This document shows positions 61,583-64,000 of a stretch of 64,000 bases of DNA, piece by piece. The position numbers were made by a program, and so were the translations under genes. Numbering within the stretch: position 1 is the first letter of the stretch; the number at the start of each line of letters is the position of its first letter. The notes beneath the pieces are model-generated. The model did no database searches and was not told the DNA's origin. It saw nothing but the letters and a program-made list of their open reading frames with translations. The stretch is taken from NCBI GenBank assembly GCA_963786955.1, contig CAWBAT010000004.1, positions 608,001 to 672,000 on the forward strand, given 5' to 3'. Source of the stretch: an uncultured Acidimicrobiia bacterium (GTDB lineage Bacteria > Acidobacteriota > Terriglobia > Versatilivoradales > Versatilivoraceae).

Positions 61583-62797
61583 CTATGAGGGCAAATCATT
61601 AATACTCGTGATTGCCATCAATATGGAGATTACAATGATGCCAACAAGGATTCCCATAACCAAAATCATCGCGGGTTCAAACAGGGCAATCAGATTCTTG
61701 ATCGATGACCGGACTTCCTTGTCGTAGACCTTGGCAAGCTCCAAGAACATCGCATCTAAACGCCCCGTTTCCTCTCCAACCTCAACCAGGTGAACAGCCA
61801 GGGGCGGGAATATTTTGGATTTTTCCATGGGCCTGGCGACGCCCTCCCCTCTTTTGACCCCTTCGGCGATATTTGCGATCGATCCGGCAATCACAGAGTT
61901 GTTCGTGATATCTTTAACGATATTGAGCGACTGGACTAAGGGCACCGAGTTGTGGACCAAAGTCCCCAGGGTTCGGGATATACGACCCACTTCGATTTTG
62001 CAGAGCACATCTCCAAGCAGAAAAATCTTGAGTTTAAAATTGTCCCAAATCCACCGTCCCCGCTCTGTCGCCACAAAACGATTAAAAGCGATCAATAGGC
62101 CCACGAATATTCCTCCAACCAACCACCAATATGATTTGGAGAACTCGCTGATCGAAAGCAAGATCTGGGTCGGAAGTGGCAAAGATTGCCCCGCATCAGA
62201 AAACACCTGGGCGAACTTCGGGATAACAAAGTTCAAAAGAACGACGATCGAGGCGAGTCCCACCGCCGCCAAGAGAGCTGGGTAAATCAGAGAGGAGATC
62301 AAATAGCTTTTGAGCTCGTCAGCCGACTGTTGGAACTCTACCAAACGATCCAATACCAGAGGCAAAGAACCACTCGCCTCCCCGGCTCGGATCATGTTGA
62401 TGTACAATTTTGAAAAGACTTCAGGATGAGTGGACAGACTATCTGCAAACGTCTTGCCTTGCTTGATTCCCTGGAGAATTTCTTCCACTAAGGATTGCAG
62501 GGTAGCTCCTTGAGACAGACTCTTGCAGATCGTCAAACTCCGATCCAGAGGCAACCCGGCATTGACGAGCGTGGACAATTCCTGGGTGAAGAACATGATC
62601 TCTTTGGACCCTACCTTGCGCGACATCCAGTTAAGATTCAGCTTCAATGCGGATGAAGCCTGGCGGTGAGCAATCTGAATCGGGGTCAACCCCATCTCTT
62701 GCAGTCGAAGGGCCACTACTCTGTCGTCGCTCCCCTCGAAGCTGCCATCAATTAAATTCCCGTCCTTCGCTACCGCCTTGTAATAAAAAGTAGGCAT
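61583..62797 (-). CDS. gspF: T2SS inner membrane platform protein
   Basis: FTQELSTL..AGLPL, AGEASG.L, YP, VGEETG.L, EP. Confidence 0.95.
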   Translation of the reverse strand: MPTFYYKAVAKDGNLIDGSFEGSDDRVVALRLQEMGLTPIQIAHRQASSALKLNLNWMSRKVGSKEIMFFTQELSTLVNAGLPLDRSLTICKSLSQGATLQSLVEEILQGIKQGKTFADSLSTHPEVFSKLYINMIRAGEASGSLPLVLDRLVEFQQSADELKSYLISSLIYPALLAAVGLASIVVLLNFVIPKFAQVFSDAGQSLPLPTQILLSISEFSKSYWWLVGGIFVGLLIAFNRFVATERGRWIWDNFKLKIFLLGDVLCKIEVGRISRTLGTLVHNSVPLVQSLNIVKDITNNSVIAGSIANIAEGVKRGEGVARPMEKSKIFPPLAVHLVEVGEETGRLDAMFLELAKVYDKEVRSSIKNLIALFEPAMILVMGILVGIIVISILMAITSINDLPS

Positions 62798-62865
62798 ACT
62801 CTCTCTTCAATGATTTCAGTGCACTGATAAAACTCAATAGCTAATGATACAAATCCAGCACGGAC

Positions 62866-62999
62866 TCCCTCAAGTCCCCCCTTGTTAAGAGAGGACTGTT
62901 TTCAACCACGTCCCCCTGGGGCTGTGAAAAAATTCAAATCCAGCGAGAAACTCGGTTCCCCTCTCCCAAACGTGGGAGAGGGGTTGGGGGTGAGGGGGA
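62866..62999. repeat. palindromic repeat cluster between gspE and gspF
   Basis: CCCCTCTCCCAAACGTGGGAGAGGGG hairpin, family E copy, MITE-end-like GGCTGTGAAAAA. Confidence 0.65.
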
Positions 63000-63082
63000 T
63001 TTCACAACGTCTCAGATTGCCGCTCATCCGCGTAGGGGCGGGCTTCTTCGGTCTCCGGCAAGCAACATTTAGTGCGTCTGTA

Positions 63083-64000
63083 TTAGACATCTTGAGTGAC
63101 CCGCATGACTTCTTCCACAGTCGTGACACCGGCTAGCACTTTCTCTACGCCGTCTTCCCGCAAGGATCTCATCCCCTGGCTATGCGCATAATTCGCAATA
63201 ATGTTCGAGGGTTCATTGGCCACTATCATGCGCCGAATTTCATCATCCGGAATCATTAACTCAAATATTCCTTGCCGGGTTTCATACCCGGTGAAACCAC
63301 ACGACTCACAACCTTCTCCTCGGTAAAGGGTCAATGGTGAGGCTCGTTTCGCCTCGAATCCTAATGACTGAAGAGCTTCCGGTTCGGCGGTATAGGCAAA
63401 CTTACATTGTTTGCAGATGATCCGGACAAGCCGCTGGGCAAGAACTCCAATCAGACAGGATGCCAGGAGATAATTTTCGGCCCCCATATCCACCAGGCGT
63501 GAGATGGCACTGGGTGCGTCATTGGTATGCAAGGTACTGAAGACCAGGTGCCCAGTCAACGCAGAACGGATGGCGATTTCCGCGGTCTCTAAATCACGAA
63601 TTTCACCCACCATGATGACGTCAGGGTCCTGCCGAACGATGTGGCGCAATCCGGATGCAAAGGTTAGGCCGATTTGAGTATTGACGTGAATCTGATTAAT
63701 TCCATCCATCTGGTATTCAACCGGATCTTCAATAGTGATAATTTTCTTATCCGGCAGGTTAATCCGCTTCATGGCACTGTAAAGCGTGGTGGACTTCCCG
63801 CTACCGGTAGGACCTGTTACGAGCAGAATTCCGTGGGGCAGCGAAGTCAGTTCCTCAATCTTTCGGAGAAGATCCTCGGGAAATCCCAGCCTTATCAACT
63901 CAAACGCACTGGTGTCGCTCTTGTCGAGGATTCTCATCACCACGCTTTCGCCGTAAAGCGTTGGGAGAGTCGACACCCGAAGGTCGATCTCTTTCCCAAG
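63083..64000 (-). CDS. gspE: T2SS ATPase, 5' end outside the window
   Basis: [39 protein letters not shown], CxxC pairs. Confidence 0.97.
   Translation of the reverse strand, partial: LGKEIDLRVSTLPTLYGESVVMRILDKSDTSAFELIRLGFPEDLLRKIEELTSLPHGILLVTGPTGSGKSTTLYSAMKRINLPDKKIITIEDPVEYQMDGINQIHVNTQIGLTFASGLRHIVRQDPDVIMVGEIRDLETAEIAIRSALTGHLVFSTLHTNDAPSAISRLVDMGAENYLLASCLIGVLAQRLVRIICKQCKFAYTAEPEALQSLGFEAKRASPLTLYRGEGCESCGFTGYETRQGIFELMIPDDEIRRMIVANEPSNIIANYAHSQGMRSLREDGVEKVLAGVTTVEEVMRVTQDV

Noticed and set aside
52278-64000. Type IV pilus operon
   Set aside because: Canonical GspG, GspK and GspD signatures and the gene order indicate T2SS; no pilT in the window.

Overview
This is a bacterial chromosome segment, most likely Acidobacteriota. 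That call is inferred from gene content (mglBA, a VWA protein, a bactofilin/methyltransferase pair, an Acidobacteria-type surface protein). The left 25 kb is housekeeping: HAD and metallophosphatases, glcDEF, bactofilin, metK, M24 peptidase, prephenate dehydrogenase, HU, mglBA, yvcK-glmU-glmS and tRNA-Arg(CCT). After the tRNA come a short accessory stretch and a REP-associated tyrosine transposase (RAYT). From ~31.3 kb to the window end is a cell-surface region: TPR-aspartyl protease, GT2, a GT4-GT2-GT4 fusion, a WaaL-like ligase, a Wzx flippase, methyltransferases, a PpiC foldase, two related secreted proteins (one S-layer-like) and a type II secretion operon (gspE-F-G-H-I-J-K-L-M-C-D). My best candidate for an undescribed system is this putative S-layer export and glycosylation locus. 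Intergenic gaps hold several families of nested REP/MITE-like palindromes, including a 126-bp tandem array. Frameshifts in yvcK, glmS and gspK look like sequencing indels. All calls come from reading motifs by eye; no searches were run.
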